60,953 bases of DNA from positions 1 through 60,953 of the forward strand of contig JBAXDX010000002.1 of assembly GCA_037140715.1 (NCBI GenBank), written 5' to 3'. The position numbers and the translations under genes are program-made. Positions 1 through 10,290 of the stretch are shown piece after piece. The first letter of the stretch is position 1. Every line of letters begins with the position of its first letter. The notes under the pieces were generated by a model that ran no database searches, had not been told where the DNA came from, and worked only from the letters and a program-made list of their open reading frames with translations. The DNA comes from Ignavibacteria bacterium (lineage in GTDB: Bacteria; Bacteroidota; Ignavibacteria; Ignavibacteriales; SURF-24).

Positions 1-2
1 TG

Positions 3-170
3 GGCAAAAAGACGTTCGATGACATGTCCTGCACCTGCAGGATAGGCAAAAAGACTCTCTATGACCCAATCCGTAAGTGCGGATTGACCCGTTTAAGGCT
101 TTATGGCATACTCTGCACCTGGCCATTGACCCGTTTAAGGCTCTATGACATACTTCGCACCTGGGAAGTA
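3..170. repeat. Tandem array of four ~42-nt units: two of type ggcaaaaagac..atgac.., two of type gacccgtttaaggctYtatgRcatact..gcacctgg. A partial fifth unit starts at 231
   Basis: Direct reading: units start at 3, 45, 86 and 128 (period 41-42 nt), and units 3 and 4 differ at only a few positions. ORF 24..302 is open only because of the repeat. Confidence 0.7.
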
Positions 171-445
171 TGTCATAGAAAGTTTTTTTTGTCAAATGAC
201 AATTGCCGTTCAGACAAAATTACATTTCCTGACCCGTTTCAGGGTGTGCTCCGGTATAAAATTATATTAAACGGGTATATGACAAATGCCCCTTTTGAAT
301 GACAATCTGTCATACATCCACAATTCATCTTCGCAAAATGATATTCCTTTCTCGCAGTATAACAATTCCGGGAAGCAATATATGAAACAGGACTAAAAAT
401 ATGTTTTGTGCATATCCGTTCAAAAACATATTAACTCAATTCCTG

Positions 446-1126
446 TTAATACGCATCAGGAGCAATATAAAAAGCGACTAAAATGAAATGCGACAGGCAG
501 CCGAGTATAACAAACAGATGCCATATTTCATGGAATCCGAAGACACCCGGGAACAGGTCCGGTTTCTTTAATACATAGATTATGGCACCCGCTGTAAAGA
601 ACAATCCGCCAAGTAATAACCAGAACAACGCACTGGCAGGGAACGACTTTAATATCTCGCTAACTGCCATAACAGATAACCAACCCATTAGCAGATAAAT
701 ACCTGTGGAAAGCCTGCGCGGTGCATTAATAATAAATATTTTAACCGTTACACCTGCAATAGCAATAAGCCAGATGACAGTAAGCATCCCCCACTGCCAG
801 AAGCCTCTGAAATAAAACAGACATATCGGAGTGTATGTGCCGGCAATTTGTATAAAAATTGCCGAATGATCCAGCTTCCGCAGTCTTTTTTTTATCTCAT
901 CTCCGCGATTAACCAAATGATAAACCGCACTGGAGGTAAACATAAAGACAAGAGAAAAGCCATAGACATATAATGATATTCTTTTGGTCAGGTTGCCCGT
1001 TCCCGTGAATATTAATACAGCCATTCCGGCTAAAGATAATACTGCCGCAAACAGATGCGTCAGTCCGCTTACAGGTTCCCGCATTTTATTTAACATAATT
1101 CTCTGATGAAATATTATATCATCCAT
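446..1126 (-). CDS. Hemolysin III / PAQR family integral membrane protein
   Basis: Multi-TM profile with motifs SGLTHLFAAVLS, SSAVYH, LDHSAIFIQIAGTYTP and GFHEIWHLFVILG..HF, typical of Hly-III/YplQ. The ORF-track start at 1174 is a TTG. The ATG at 1126 (MDDIIFHQ..), preceded by AGGGA, is preferred but not proven. Confidence 0.85.
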   Translation of the reverse strand: MDDIIFHQRIMLNKMREPVSGLTHLFAAVLSLAGMAVLIFTGTGNLTKRISLYVYGFSLVFMFTSSAVYHLVNRGDEIKKRLRKLDHSAIFIQIAGTYTPICLFYFRGFWQWGMLTVIWLIAIAGVTVKIFIINAPRRLSTGIYLLMGWLSVMAVSEILKSFPASALFWLLLGGLFFTAGAIIYVLKKPDLFPGVFGFHEIWHLFVILGCLSHFILVAFYIAPDAY

Positions 1127-1215
1127 GGCATAATCATTTCCCTTGAAGCAGAGCATGATTAAGAAAATTAACAATTATCATTTTATGGAGTTTTCGGGCA
1201 GGTTAAGAGAGCGGA

Positions 1216-1923
1216 TTAAAGCCAGTCGCCACCCTGGATAGATTCGCGGATTTCTTCAATGCGCTTTTGGTAAGCTGCTCTGTCCTTGGGCGATGCTTTT
1301 GGAAGCAACTCCTCATAGACCTTTAGTGCTTCCTTAAAGTGCCCCTGTGAAATGTAAACTTTAGCCATTGATTCCGATACAATTGGCTTTTGAACCGGTT
1401 TAGCCCTTTCTTCCGTTGGAATCTCAGGTATAGATTCATTCTGTTCCGGAATAATCCGGGCTGTCCTTAGTTTCTTCTCGATTTCTTCAGGAGTATCGTC
1501 TGTCGAAGTATTCTTATGTAGCTCAGGTTTTGCATCTTCTTTTATAATTTCCTTCAGATTATCCTGAAAAAATGCCACGCGGCGGCTTTGGGTAAAGCTG
1601 GTATTTTTATTTCTGTAATTTTCAATCTCGCGTATATAGTAGTTAAGCGTTTCAGGCGAGTTGATAAGATTTATGCCTTTGCGGAAGGATTCTTCGGCAA
1701 GATCGTACTTCTCTGTCATAGTGTAAACTTTACCAAGTAGTATATGTGCGGTAGGATAATTAGGAAAAATCTTAAGTCCGCTTTTAAGTATTTCGACAGC
1801 CTTGCTAAAATTCTCTTTTGAAGCAGCCTGACTTGCTGCGCGAATAAAAAGAGGACTGGCGTTGTCATGTTCATATATCAACGTCAGCTTATCTTCATAA
1901 ATATCTTTACTGTACCTGGTCAA
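1216..1923 (-). CDS. TPR-repeat protein
   Basis: TPR-like helices near both ends (AVEILKSGLKIFPNYPTAHILLGKVY; MAKVYISQGHFKEALKVYEELL) flank a charged linker. TTG start lies 13 nt after the upstream GT2 stop. Confidence 0.6.
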   Translation of the reverse strand: MTRYSKDIYEDKLTLIYEHDNASPLFIRAASQAASKENFSKAVEILKSGLKIFPNYPTAHILLGKVYTMTEKYDLAEESFRKGINLINSPETLNYYIREIENYRNKNTSFTQSRRVAFFQDNLKEIIKEDAKPELHKNTSTDDTPEEIEKKLRTARIIPEQNESIPEIPTEERAKPVQKPIVSESMAKVYISQGHFKEALKVYEELLPKASPKDRAAYQKRIEEIRESIQGGDWL

Positions 1924-1936
1924 AATTCAAACTCTT

Positions 1937-3400
1937 TTATTTTTTTGCGTAAACACTCTTAAGGGACATGGACGAAACGAAAGCAAAGCCGAGAAAGAAT
2001 AACAAATGGAAGGGCAGAGCAGCGATTTCCATAAAATAAATTGCAGCGACAACACCTACAAAGCAGTAAGCAGCTAATGTCAACTCGACATAAACAGATA
2101 TATCAACCTTTCTTTTTGCTCTGTAGTTCGGATTTACCTGCGCGGCAGCCGGCTGGTCTGTTCCGTCTTTCTTTACCTTTGGCGTGCGGACAAATTCGCT
2201 CTTTCTGTTTAACAGACCTTCAATAACCGCTCTTGAATTATTTACAGCAAAGCCCATACTGCCTGCCATAAACAATGGAAATAAGGCTATCTTCTTTCTC
2301 CAGTCGGTATGAATATCTTTCTGTGAATATAAATAGAACAGGAATGAGCTGATAAAAGCAAGAATGAATATTGACATACTGTTAAAGAATGCGTCATGCG
2401 GGCCACTGTTCTTAATAAAGACAAGCGGAACATTAAGAATACCTGCAAGAAGAATAAACGGGAAAGCCAGATTGCTTGATAAATGAAATGTACAGTGAAG
2501 CTTAATTCTCAAAGGCACATCCGACTTCCAAACCTGAGGCAGTAATTTCTTTGCTGTTTCAATATGACCTTTTGTCCATCTGAATTGCTGAGCCTTGAGT
2601 GCATTAATTTCGTCCGGAAGCTCAGCCGGAGTGGTAAAGTCTCTCAGGTAAACAAACTTCCAGCCTTTAAGCTGAGCGCGGTAACTGAGGTCAAGGTCTT
2701 CGGCTAATGTGTCGCCCTGCCAGTTGCCCGCGTCTTCGATACATTCCCTTTTCCAGACACCGCCAGTCCCGTTGAAAGTAATAAAGAAGCCGGCTTTATT
2801 TCTTACACTCTGTTCAATTACAAAGTGGCCGTCAAGGGCAAGCGCCTGAACTTTTGTAAGCAGCGATGACTCGCTGTTGGCATGTCCCCATCTTGTCTGC
2901 ACCATACCGATCTTAGGTTTGTTAAAGAACCTGAGTGTTTTTCGCAGGAAGTTGGGAGTAGGCATAAAGTCTGCATCAAAAATCGCGATGTAGTCACCTT
3001 TGGCAATCTTCAGACCTTCCAGAAGAGCGCCAGCCTTAAAACCCTGACGGGAGTTTCTTCTTATATGATGGATATCGAAGCCAAGCTCCCGCTTTTCCTT
3101 TACAAGTCTTTCCACAAGCGCGGTAGTTTCATCGGTGGAATCATCCAGCACCTGGATTTCCAGAAGCTCCTTCGGATACTCAATCTTGCAGACACATTCA
3201 ATCAGGCGTTCGATTACGAATAATTCGTTATATAATGGAAGCTGAATGGTAACTTTTTTGTCTTCCTTGAAATCCTTATTCTCCTGCGGCTTATTCTTGG
3301 CATAGCGGTTATGATAGAAAAGCATAATGAACCCATGACTGGCAAAAATCAGAAGAATTGAAAGGGAAATGAAATAAGAAATGAGCACCAGATCGTCCAT
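1937..3400 (-). CDS. Processive family-2 glycosyltransferase (cellulose synthase / CslA-like)
   Basis: N-terminal TM helix, then DDSTDET, FDADF and the QQFRWTKG (QxxRW) motif, followed by several C-terminal TM helices. Confidence 0.85.
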   Translation of the reverse strand: MDDLVLISYFISLSILLIFASHGFIMLFYHNRYAKNKPQENKDFKEDKKVTIQLPLYNELFVIERLIECVCKIEYPKELLEIQVLDDSTDETTALVERLVKEKRELGFDIHHIRRNSRQGFKAGALLEGLKIAKGDYIAIFDADFMPTPNFLRKTLRFFNKPKIGMVQTRWGHANSESSLLTKVQALALDGHFVIEQSVRNKAGFFITFNGTGGVWKRECIEDAGNWQGDTLAEDLDLSYRAQLKGWKFVYLRDFTTPAELPDEINALKAQQFRWTKGHIETAKKLLPQVWKSDVPLRIKLHCTFHLSSNLAFPFILLAGILNVPLVFIKNSGPHDAFFNSMSIFILAFISSFLFYLYSQKDIHTDWRKKIALFPLFMAGSMGFAVNNSRAVIEGLLNRKSEFVRTPKVKKDGTDQPAAAQVNPNYRAKRKVDISVYVELTLAAYCFVGVVAAIYFMEIAALPFHLLFFLGFAFVSSMSLKSVYAKK

Positions 3401-3422
3401 AATTTATCCTGTATGTTTTTCA

Positions 3423-4049
3423 TTACCAGTTTGATACTGTTCCAATTAATATATCATCTGAAATCCTGTCGGCTGTCTCGTCAATTGCCTTATTACGATT
3501 GGCAACTACACCGCCGCCGGATTCATAATTTGCATAGCCGGAGTAAGATTTCTCTGAAATCGTTCTCTTTTTAACCGTGTCCTTAAATAAAACCTTTACA
3601 CCGATAGTAATCCTTTTACCGGAAACATTTTCATTGCCCTGTCCTCCGCTAATTATCGTGGGGGCATCGTTGAAGGAAACAATCGTACATTCCAAAAGCG
3701 CGTTGGCATTTATTCTGTCGCTGACCTGAAGCGTATTATCCTCAACAAACCTGGTTGTTAGTTTATCCTTCAGTATTTCTCTTAGTCTCAGCTCACCGTT
3801 TCCGCTTTTATCCTCAAAAGCAGGAATAAAAACTGTCTTTAAGTGAGGAGGTACCGAAGCACCGGTAAAAGAATAAAAACAACCGGTAAAGTTAGTGTTT
3901 GTAGTAACAACAAACAATAGCAGGAGCACTGACTGATTAAGACAAGAGCGCCGGCACAGGCTCAGGGCATTCCCTAAAGTCAGTATCCTTCTTAATTGAT
4001 TAAGATGAATCCGAATTTTGTCCCTGAGCTTTAGAAGTTTATATATCAT
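3423..4049 (-). CDS. Lipoprotein, possibly LptE-like
   Basis: Lipobox-like ..NFTGC followed by a ~150-aa soluble domain (KTVFIPAFEDKSG.., ALLECTIVSF) reminiscent of LptE. The ATG at 4049 overlaps the upstream gene stop by 11 nt (ATGATATATAA). Family assignment is from memory only. Confidence 0.4.
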   Translation of the reverse strand: MIYKLLKLRDKIRIHLNQLRRILTLGNALSLCRRSCLNQSVLLLLFVVTTNTNFTGCFYSFTGASVPPHLKTVFIPAFEDKSGNGELRLREILKDKLTTRFVEDNTLQVSDRINANALLECTIVSFNDAPTIISGGQGNENVSGKRITIGVKVLFKDTVKKRTISEKSYSGYANYESGGGVVANRNKAIDETADRISDDILIGTVSNW

Positions 4050-5208
4050 ATTCCTGCATTTTCCGGTATAGAGTTCTTTCACTTATGCCGAGCATCTTAG
4101 CTGCCTGTTTTTTATTGCCTTTTGAATAATTCAGAGCATTTTTAATAGCTTCCCTTTCCACAGTTTCAAAGGGCAGAACTTCGCTTACCTCGGCGCGGAC
4201 AGATTCATTGCTTATCTCCTGAGTATTCTTAAAAACCAACTGTTTCAGGTCAAGCAGGTCCTTCTTTATTTCAATCAAAGCGCGGTAAATCATCTCCCTG
4301 TCAACATCCTCCGGTGAGCGGTGCAGATGGACGGGCAGATTCCGGTTATCCTTAACTTCATCATGCGACTGAAACATGAAATAAAATGATTCCACATCCA
4401 GAATACCCGAACGGCTTAAAGCAATTGCTGTTTCAATAGTGTTTTTCAGCTCTCTTATATTGCCTGGCCAGTTATAATTTATCAGCATCTCGCGCGCTTC
4501 ATTAGTAATCAGAGGCGGAGGGATGTTGTTGTTTTTTGAATAGTGATTAAGGAAGTAATCGACAAGCTCATTTATATCCTCGCGCCTTTTTCTCAGCGGA
4601 GGAATGTTTAAGGAAACAGCTTTGAGCCTGAAATACAAATCCTCTCTGAAACGCTTTGCGTCAACTTCCTTCTGGAGGTCTTTATTTGTGGCCGCTATAA
4701 TCCTTACATCAACTTTGGTGAGTGTTTCACTGCCAATTCTCATAAATTCTTTAGTCTCAAGGACGCGAAGCAGCCTGACCTGTGTCGTCAGCGGCATTTC
4801 TGCAATCTCATCCAGAAAGAGTGTGCCACCATCAGCAATTTCAAAATACCCTTTGCGGTTATCAACCGCCCCGGTGAATGCGCCTTTTTTATGTCCGAAT
4901 AACTCGCTTTCAAGTATCCCTTCGGGAATAGCGCCGCAGTTCACACTTACCAGACGCTCTGCACTTCTTTTACTGTAACCATGAATTGCCTGGGCAAATA
5001 CCTCCTTGCCAACGCCACTTTCGCCATAGATAAGTACAGAAATATCAGACTGTGCCACCTGCATCGTTATATCTACAAGATCACGTATTTCTTTGGACTT
5101 ACCAACAATACGGAATTCTTTTTGAAAATTCTCGATTGAGACTGCCTTTGTATTTGTGTTGCTAAAATAAGCAAATTTATTCATGCCAAATGTACTGATT
5201 TTTTTCAT
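4039..5208 (-). CDS. Sigma-54-dependent transcriptional activator (bEBP) without an N-terminal sensory domain
   Basis: AAA+ core with Walker A GESGVGKE, the GAFTGA loop (KKGAFTGA) and ELFGH. C-terminal Fis-type HTH (AAKMLGISERTLYRKM). Only ~30 residues precede the AAA+ module. Confidence 0.9.
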   Translation of the reverse strand: MKKISTFGMNKFAYFSNTNTKAVSIENFQKEFRIVGKSKEIRDLVDITMQVAQSDISVLIYGESGVGKEVFAQAIHGYSKRSAERLVSVNCGAIPEGILESELFGHKKGAFTGAVDNRKGYFEIADGGTLFLDEIAEMPLTTQVRLLRVLETKEFMRIGSETLTKVDVRIIAATNKDLQKEVDAKRFREDLYFRLKAVSLNIPPLRKRREDINELVDYFLNHYSKNNNIPPPLITNEAREMLINYNWPGNIRELKNTIETAIALSRSGILDVESFYFMFQSHDEVKDNRNLPVHLHRSPEDVDREMIYRALIEIKKDLLDLKQLVFKNTQEISNESVRAEVSEVLPFETVEREAIKNALNYSKGNKKQAAKMLGISERTLYRKMQEYDI

Positions 5209-5248
5209 ATAATAGAGAATAAAAAATCCCGCTTACCGGAGTTCAGCT

Positions 5249-5980
5249 TTATTTTTCATCTAAAGGTATTACTCTGCCGTTTAATTTATAACGTTCATTT
5301 ATCTGAAGAAGCACCGCACGGGCTTCGTCTTCAGTTACAAAGCTGCCTACGTTCAGCACATTCAGAGTTGTTCCCGCTACATTTTTCTGTTTAATATCTG
5401 AAGTATATCCTTCCGCTACAAATGAATTCTTTATGCGCTGAGCGTTGATTAAATTAATGAACGCGCCCGCCTGAATAGTAAATTTTGGTTCCGCTTTCAG
5501 ATGCGATGGCTTTACCTCCGGCTTTGGAAGTTCTATTTGCGTATCATTGCCTGCCCGAATTTCGGCATCTGTTTTTTTTTCAGCCAGCGAAATATAAGGG
5601 GAGTCAGGGTAATTTTTCTTAAGCCTGTCGAGATATGCCCTGGATGTTGTGTAAAGCCCCTGTGCATAATAGTAAGAATATATCTTATATATAGAAGCTC
5701 CGGCATATCTTGATTGAGGGTATCGGTCCATTATGACCGAGTATTTTGAAACAGCTTCATTGGCATCGGTAGTCAGCAAAGCATCGAGATACAGAACAGA
5801 AGGGTCTTTCGGATGTTCCTTGAAAAGCGTTTGAAGAGCTTCTTTAGCCCTTGCCGTTTCGCCAGATTCAATCAACCTTAATTGCTGATTAATATAGACT
5901 TCCTGAGCAAAACCCGTGAACTGCATGAGAAACAGCTGGAACATTAAAGCAAAAAATATTTTCGAAAATGAAAAGTCCAT
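5249..5980 (-). CDS. Secreted TPR plus SPOR-domain protein
   Basis: Signal peptide (..FTGFAQE), TPR-like middle region, and a C-terminal SPOR-like segment FTIQAGAFINLINAQRIKNSF..VGSFVTEDEARAVL. Confidence 0.7.
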   Translation of the reverse strand: MDFSFSKIFFALMFQLFLMQFTGFAQEVYINQQLRLIESGETARAKEALQTLFKEHPKDPSVLYLDALLTTDANEAVSKYSVIMDRYPQSRYAGASIYKIYSYYYAQGLYTTSRAYLDRLKKNYPDSPYISLAEKKTDAEIRAGNDTQIELPKPEVKPSHLKAEPKFTIQAGAFINLINAQRIKNSFVAEGYTSDIKQKNVAGTTLNVLNVGSFVTEDEARAVLLQINERYKLNGRVIPLDEK

Positions 5981-6039
5981 AGATTGATTACACCCCTTCT
6001 ATCCTGAATGAATTATGATTCGGCGAAGAAACAGGTAAC

Positions 6040-7365
6040 TTAAACATCCACACCCTGCTCTGTCACATCTCCGAACAACGTACCTGAAGTTGCACCTTTT
6101 ATCCTGACTTTAATGTAACTGCCTTCACTTACATTCTCAGAGACCGGAAAAACAACGACCTTGTTTGAATCAGTCCTGCCAGCCATAAACTTATCAGACT
6201 TCCTGCTAAAGCCTTCCACAAGTGCGCACTCTTCCCTGCCAATTAATGTCTGATTAATATCATAAGAAATCTGTTGCTGAAGGTCTATAATCTCAGTCAG
6301 ACGCTTAGTTTTATCCGCTTCTGGCACATCATCCTCCATCTTATAAGCTTTAGTTCCCTCGCGTGGAGAATATTTGAACATATACGCGCCATCATAGCGG
6401 ACTTTACGCATAATATCGAGCGTCATAAGATGGTCATCATAAGTTTCGGTAGGGAAGCCTGAAATTATATCAGTCGAAAAACTGACACCCGGGATAATCT
6501 TCCTGGCTTTTTCTATCAGGCTCATGTATTCTTCTATCGTATAATTGCGGTTCATCAGTTCAAGAATTCTTGTGGAACCCGACTGAACAGGCAGATGGAT
6601 ATATTTGCAGATATTATCATGTGTGGCAATAGTATATAGAAGTTTCTCGGATAAGTCCTTCGGGTGAGAAGTAGTAAAGCGTATGCGCATAAGCGGGTCA
6701 GCTTTGGCGCATAAGTCCAGAAGATCGGCAAAGTCAAAGTTTTTATCATTATATGAGTTAACGTTCTGTCCGAGAAGCGTAACCTCGCGAAAACCTCTGG
6801 ATGAAAGCTCTCTTAGTTCAGATACTATTGAAGAAAGGTCCCGGCTCCGTTCGCGTCCGCGTGTAAATGGGACAACGCAGAAAGTACAGAACTTATCACA
6901 GCCACGCATAACAGAAATCCATGCCTGCAGTCCGTCCTCACGATAAGGAATAATATCCTCATAAGTTTCCGCGCGGGAAAGCTTAACGCCAATGCCCTTG
7001 CCGCCACTAAAGGCCATGTCGAGAAACTCAGGCAGCCGGCGATATTCGTCCGGCCCGACTACGATATCCACGATTTTCTTTTCCTCTATCAAATCCTTCT
7101 TCAGCCTTTCAGCCATACAACCCAAAATACCTACTATAAGCTCAGGTTTAGATAACTTGAGATTCTTAAAATTACCGAGACGTCCATATATCCTTTGCTC
7201 GGCATTCTCGCGCACACTGCAAGTATTTAATAAAACCACGCCGGCTTTATCTACATCTTTAGTTATCTGATAACCTCGGCTGTTAAGTATGCCCATTACT
7301 ATTTCGGTATCAGCCAGGTTCATCTGGCAGCCGTAGGTTTCAATATATATATTATTATTAGACAT
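6040..7365 (-). CDS. miaB: tRNA-2-methylthio-N6-dimethylallyladenosine synthase
   Basis: N-terminal YIETYGCQMN, radical-SAM CDKFCTFCVVP, TRAM-like C-terminus. The ATG at 7365 gives the canonical N-terminus. The ORF-track start at 7410 is a TTG. Confidence 0.9.
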   Translation of the reverse strand: MSNNNIYIETYGCQMNLADTEIVMGILNSRGYQITKDVDKAGVVLLNTCSVRENAEQRIYGRLGNFKNLKLSKPELIVGILGCMAERLKKDLIEEKKIVDIVVGPDEYRRLPEFLDMAFSGGKGIGVKLSRAETYEDIIPYREDGLQAWISVMRGCDKFCTFCVVPFTRGRERSRDLSSIVSELRELSSRGFREVTLLGQNVNSYNDKNFDFADLLDLCAKADPLMRIRFTTSHPKDLSEKLLYTIATHDNICKYIHLPVQSGSTRILELMNRNYTIEEYMSLIEKARKIIPGVSFSTDIISGFPTETYDDHLMTLDIMRKVRYDGAYMFKYSPREGTKAYKMEDDVPEADKTKRLTEIIDLQQQISYDINQTLIGREECALVEGFSRKSDKFMAGRTDSNKVVVFPVSENVSEGSYIKVRIKGATSGTLFGDVTEQGVDV

Positions 7366-7586
7366 TATATCCTTTACATTCGTGAAACTAATATAAAGAT
7401 TAAAATGCAACCATTCAACGAAATGGGTATATATAATTGGGACTTTTCATAATCAATATTCACTTTATCTAAAGCGGATATGATTAACAGGGAAATAATT
7501 CTCTTATAGTTTTCATTCCAATTACTAAACTCTATTTCCATTTTTGTATATTTGACTCATAACTTTAACAATATTATGGAATAACT

Positions 7587-8573
7587 ATGGCTGAAATTAA
7601 ATTATTACAACAGATAAGGGAAAGGGCTTCTAAAAGAAAGAAAACAATCGTACTCCCTGAATCGCATGATGAAAGAGTATTGAAAGCTGCCGAAGTAATA
7701 ACGAAAGATGGTATCGCAAGTGTAGTAATTCTCGGAAATGAAGATAAGATAAGAGAAGATGCAAAGAACTCAGGTGTTAATCTCCAGGGTGTCAGAATAA
7801 TCGACCCTGAAAAATCAGAGAAGCTAAGCGATTTCGCTAATATTTTCTACAATATGCGCAAACAGAAAGGGAAGGAAATTCCAGCCGAAACAGCCCGCAA
7901 TACGATGAAACGTGATATTTTCTTTGGCGCGATGATGCTGAAAGAAGGAATGGTCGATGGTTCGGTTTCAGGTTCAACGGCAACTACTGCCGATGTAATG
8001 AGAGCTTCAATTCAAGTGGTTGGAATGCCCGAAGGTATCTCGATTGTTTCAAGCTTTTTCTTAATGGCTTTCCCGGATAAGGTTTTTAGCTTTGCCGACT
8101 GTGCTGTAAACCCGGAGCCTGATGTTCAGCAGCTTGCCGACATTGCTATTTCAACGGCGGATAATCACAAGAAACTAACGGGCGAAGAAGCTTATGTCGC
8201 AATGCTGTCATTCTCAACAAAAGGCAGCGCAAAGCATAAACTGGTAGATCAGGTAGTCGAAGCGACTAAAATAGCGCAGGCAAAACGCCCCGATTTAAAC
8301 ATCGATGGCGATCTTCAGTTTGATGCGGCGATTGTCGCAGGTGTAGGAGAGAAGAAAGCTCCCGGCAGTACCGTTGCGGGAAGAGCTAACGTGCTTGTTT
8401 TTCCCGATCTTAACTCTGGCAATATCGGCTATAAGATTGCTCAGAGGCTTGGCGGTGCAGAAGCTATCGGTCCGGTAAGCCAGGGACTGAGCAAACCATT
8501 CTTTGACCTTAGCCGCGGTTGTAGTGTTGATGATATCGTAAATACGGTGGCTATTGCTGTGCTCATGGCGTAG
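7587..8573 (+). CDS. pta: Phosphate acetyltransferase (short form)
   Basis: 328 aa, IVLPESHDERVLKAA, SGSTATTADV, FPDLNSGNIGYKIAQRLGGAEAIGP, characteristic of Pta. Confidence 0.9.
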   Translation: MAEIKLLQQIRERASKRKKTIVLPESHDERVLKAAEVITKDGIASVVILGNEDKIREDAKNSGVNLQGVRIIDPEKSEKLSDFANIFYNMRKQKGKEIPAETARNTMKRDIFFGAMMLKEGMVDGSVSGSTATTADVMRASIQVVGMPEGISIVSSFFLMAFPDKVFSFADCAVNPEPDVQQLADIAISTADNHKKLTGEEAYVAMLSFSTKGSAKHKLVDQVVEATKIAQAKRPDLNIDGDLQFDAAIVAGVGEKKAPGSTVAGRANVLVFPDLNSGNIGYKIAQRLGGAEAIGPVSQGLSKPFFDLSRGCSVDDIVNTVAIAVLMA

Positions 8574-8677
8574 GGGGTCTGTGCTTTTCATAATCTTACT
8601 CATTCCTCCTTTTTAAGCGATTATGAGTATGATTATGATTAAGACAGGGATTTGCCGGTCATACAGTTCTTTAGTTT

Positions 8678-10216
8678 CTATTCAACGTCAATCCTGACGT
8701 GCACCCTTGGTTTAGGAGGTCTGTCGAAAATGACAGCCATTTCCTTATACTGACCGGCAATATCAGGCGGAACCATATCCCAGGTAAATCTCCATGTCCA
8801 GTTGCCACCCGGTTTACCCGGTAAGTTCATTCTGGCTTCAGCTCCGAGGTTTAGAATATCCTGCATCGGAATGACAACCATATTGGCGACTGTGGCATAA
8901 GCGGCACGGATGATTTGTAAAGTTATTCCCTCAACCGTTCCGAAGTAACCAAGGTATTTCTGAGCAAATGAATAAATGTCGCTCTTATTATCGAGCAGGG
9001 CATTCTCAAAAAACCCGCGCGTTGTATCGTTATCATGAGAACCGGTGTGGACGATGCAATTGCGCGTCAGGTTATGCGGCAGGAACTTATTCTCCATGCT
9101 GGTTCCGAAGGCAAACTGAAGAATCTTAATGCCCGGGAAATTAAACGCATCGCGCAGTTCTTCAACTGACTTAGTGATAATGCCAAGGTCTTCGGCAATT
9201 ATGGGGAGTTCTCCAAGATGCTTCTTTACAGTTTCAAAGAAGCTGACACCAGGGCCTTTCACCCAGCGACCTTTAACCGCCGTTTCAGCATCGCCGGGGA
9301 TTTCCCAAAAAGCATCAAAACCACGGAAGTGATCAATCCTTATGAAATCAGTCATACTTAACAGATGAGATATTCTGTTTCGCCACCATTTAAAATCATC
9401 CTTTGCCATCTCATCCCATCGGTAGAGCGGATTGCCCCATAGTTGTCCTGTCGTACTGAAGTAATCCGGCGGCACACCGGCAACAGTCAAAAGCTTTCCT
9501 TTTTCATTAACAGTAAAGAAAGCCTTATTTGCCCAGAGGTCGGCACTGTCATAAGCAATAAAAATAGGCAGGTCACCAATAATCTTAATATGTTTTGAAT
9601 TAGCGTACTTCTTAAGAGCTGTCCATTGCTTTAGGAACTGATACTGGATAAACTTATGAAAACTGATATCATCGCTGAGTTTCTCCGTCCATTCCTTAAC
9701 TGCGTCAGGTTTTCTGAAAGCGATATCTTCCGGCCATTGCGTCCAGAGCGCTCCGCCATGAAACGCCTTTGATGCTGCAAAGAGGGCATAGTCATCAAGC
9801 CACGACTGATTTTTCTCGCAGAATTTATAGAAGTCATTCTTTTCAGACTTAGGAATTTCCCTGAACTTTTGATAAGCCTGACCAAGAAGCGAATGCTTAT
9901 AGTTAATAAGTGGTCCGAAATCTATCCGCGAGGTATTAAAATCGGGGACGTTTTCTATATCTTTCTGTTCGAGCAATCGCTCATCGAGCAGGAGCTGAGG
10001 GCTGATTAGGAGCGGATTGCCCGCGAATGCTGATAAACACTGGTAAGGACTGTCGCCATAACCTGTCGGACCTAAAGGGAATACCTGCCAAAGTCTGTGT
10101 CCGGAAGCTTCAAGGAAATCGACAAATTTATAAGCCTCGTGTCCAAGGTCTCCGATGCCATATTTGCCAGGTAAAGAAGCCGGATGCAATAAAACGCCGG
10201 CTGAACGATCAATCAT
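8678..10216 (-). CDS. malQ: 4-alpha-glucanotransferase (GH77 amylomaltase)
   Basis: GVLLHPASLPGKYGIGDLG, SPYQCLSAFAGNPLLI, RIDHFRGF, IIAEDLG, TGSHDNDT motifs of MalQ. Confidence 0.9.
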   Translation of the reverse strand: MIDRSAGVLLHPASLPGKYGIGDLGHEAYKFVDFLEASGHRLWQVFPLGPTGYGDSPYQCLSAFAGNPLLISPQLLLDERLLEQKDIENVPDFNTSRIDFGPLINYKHSLLGQAYQKFREIPKSEKNDFYKFCEKNQSWLDDYALFAASKAFHGGALWTQWPEDIAFRKPDAVKEWTEKLSDDISFHKFIQYQFLKQWTALKKYANSKHIKIIGDLPIFIAYDSADLWANKAFFTVNEKGKLLTVAGVPPDYFSTTGQLWGNPLYRWDEMAKDDFKWWRNRISHLLSMTDFIRIDHFRGFDAFWEIPGDAETAVKGRWVKGPGVSFFETVKKHLGELPIIAEDLGIITKSVEELRDAFNFPGIKILQFAFGTSMENKFLPHNLTRNCIVHTGSHDNDTTRGFFENALLDNKSDIYSFAQKYLGYFGTVEGITLQIIRAAYATVANMVVIPMQDILNLGAEARMNLPGKPGGNWTWRFTWDMVPPDIAGQYKEMAVIFDRPPKPRVHVRIDVE

Positions 10217-10290
10217 ATATGTTGCCTTTGATTTGGGGTATTAAATTTTATGGGTGTCAAATTACGAAAAATAATTATCTTAGCTATGAT

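Noticed and set aside
24-302. 92-aa ORF at the window start
   Set aside because: It lies entirely in the 42-nt tandem repeat. Its repetitive, Cys/Arg/Leu-rich translation has no start context.
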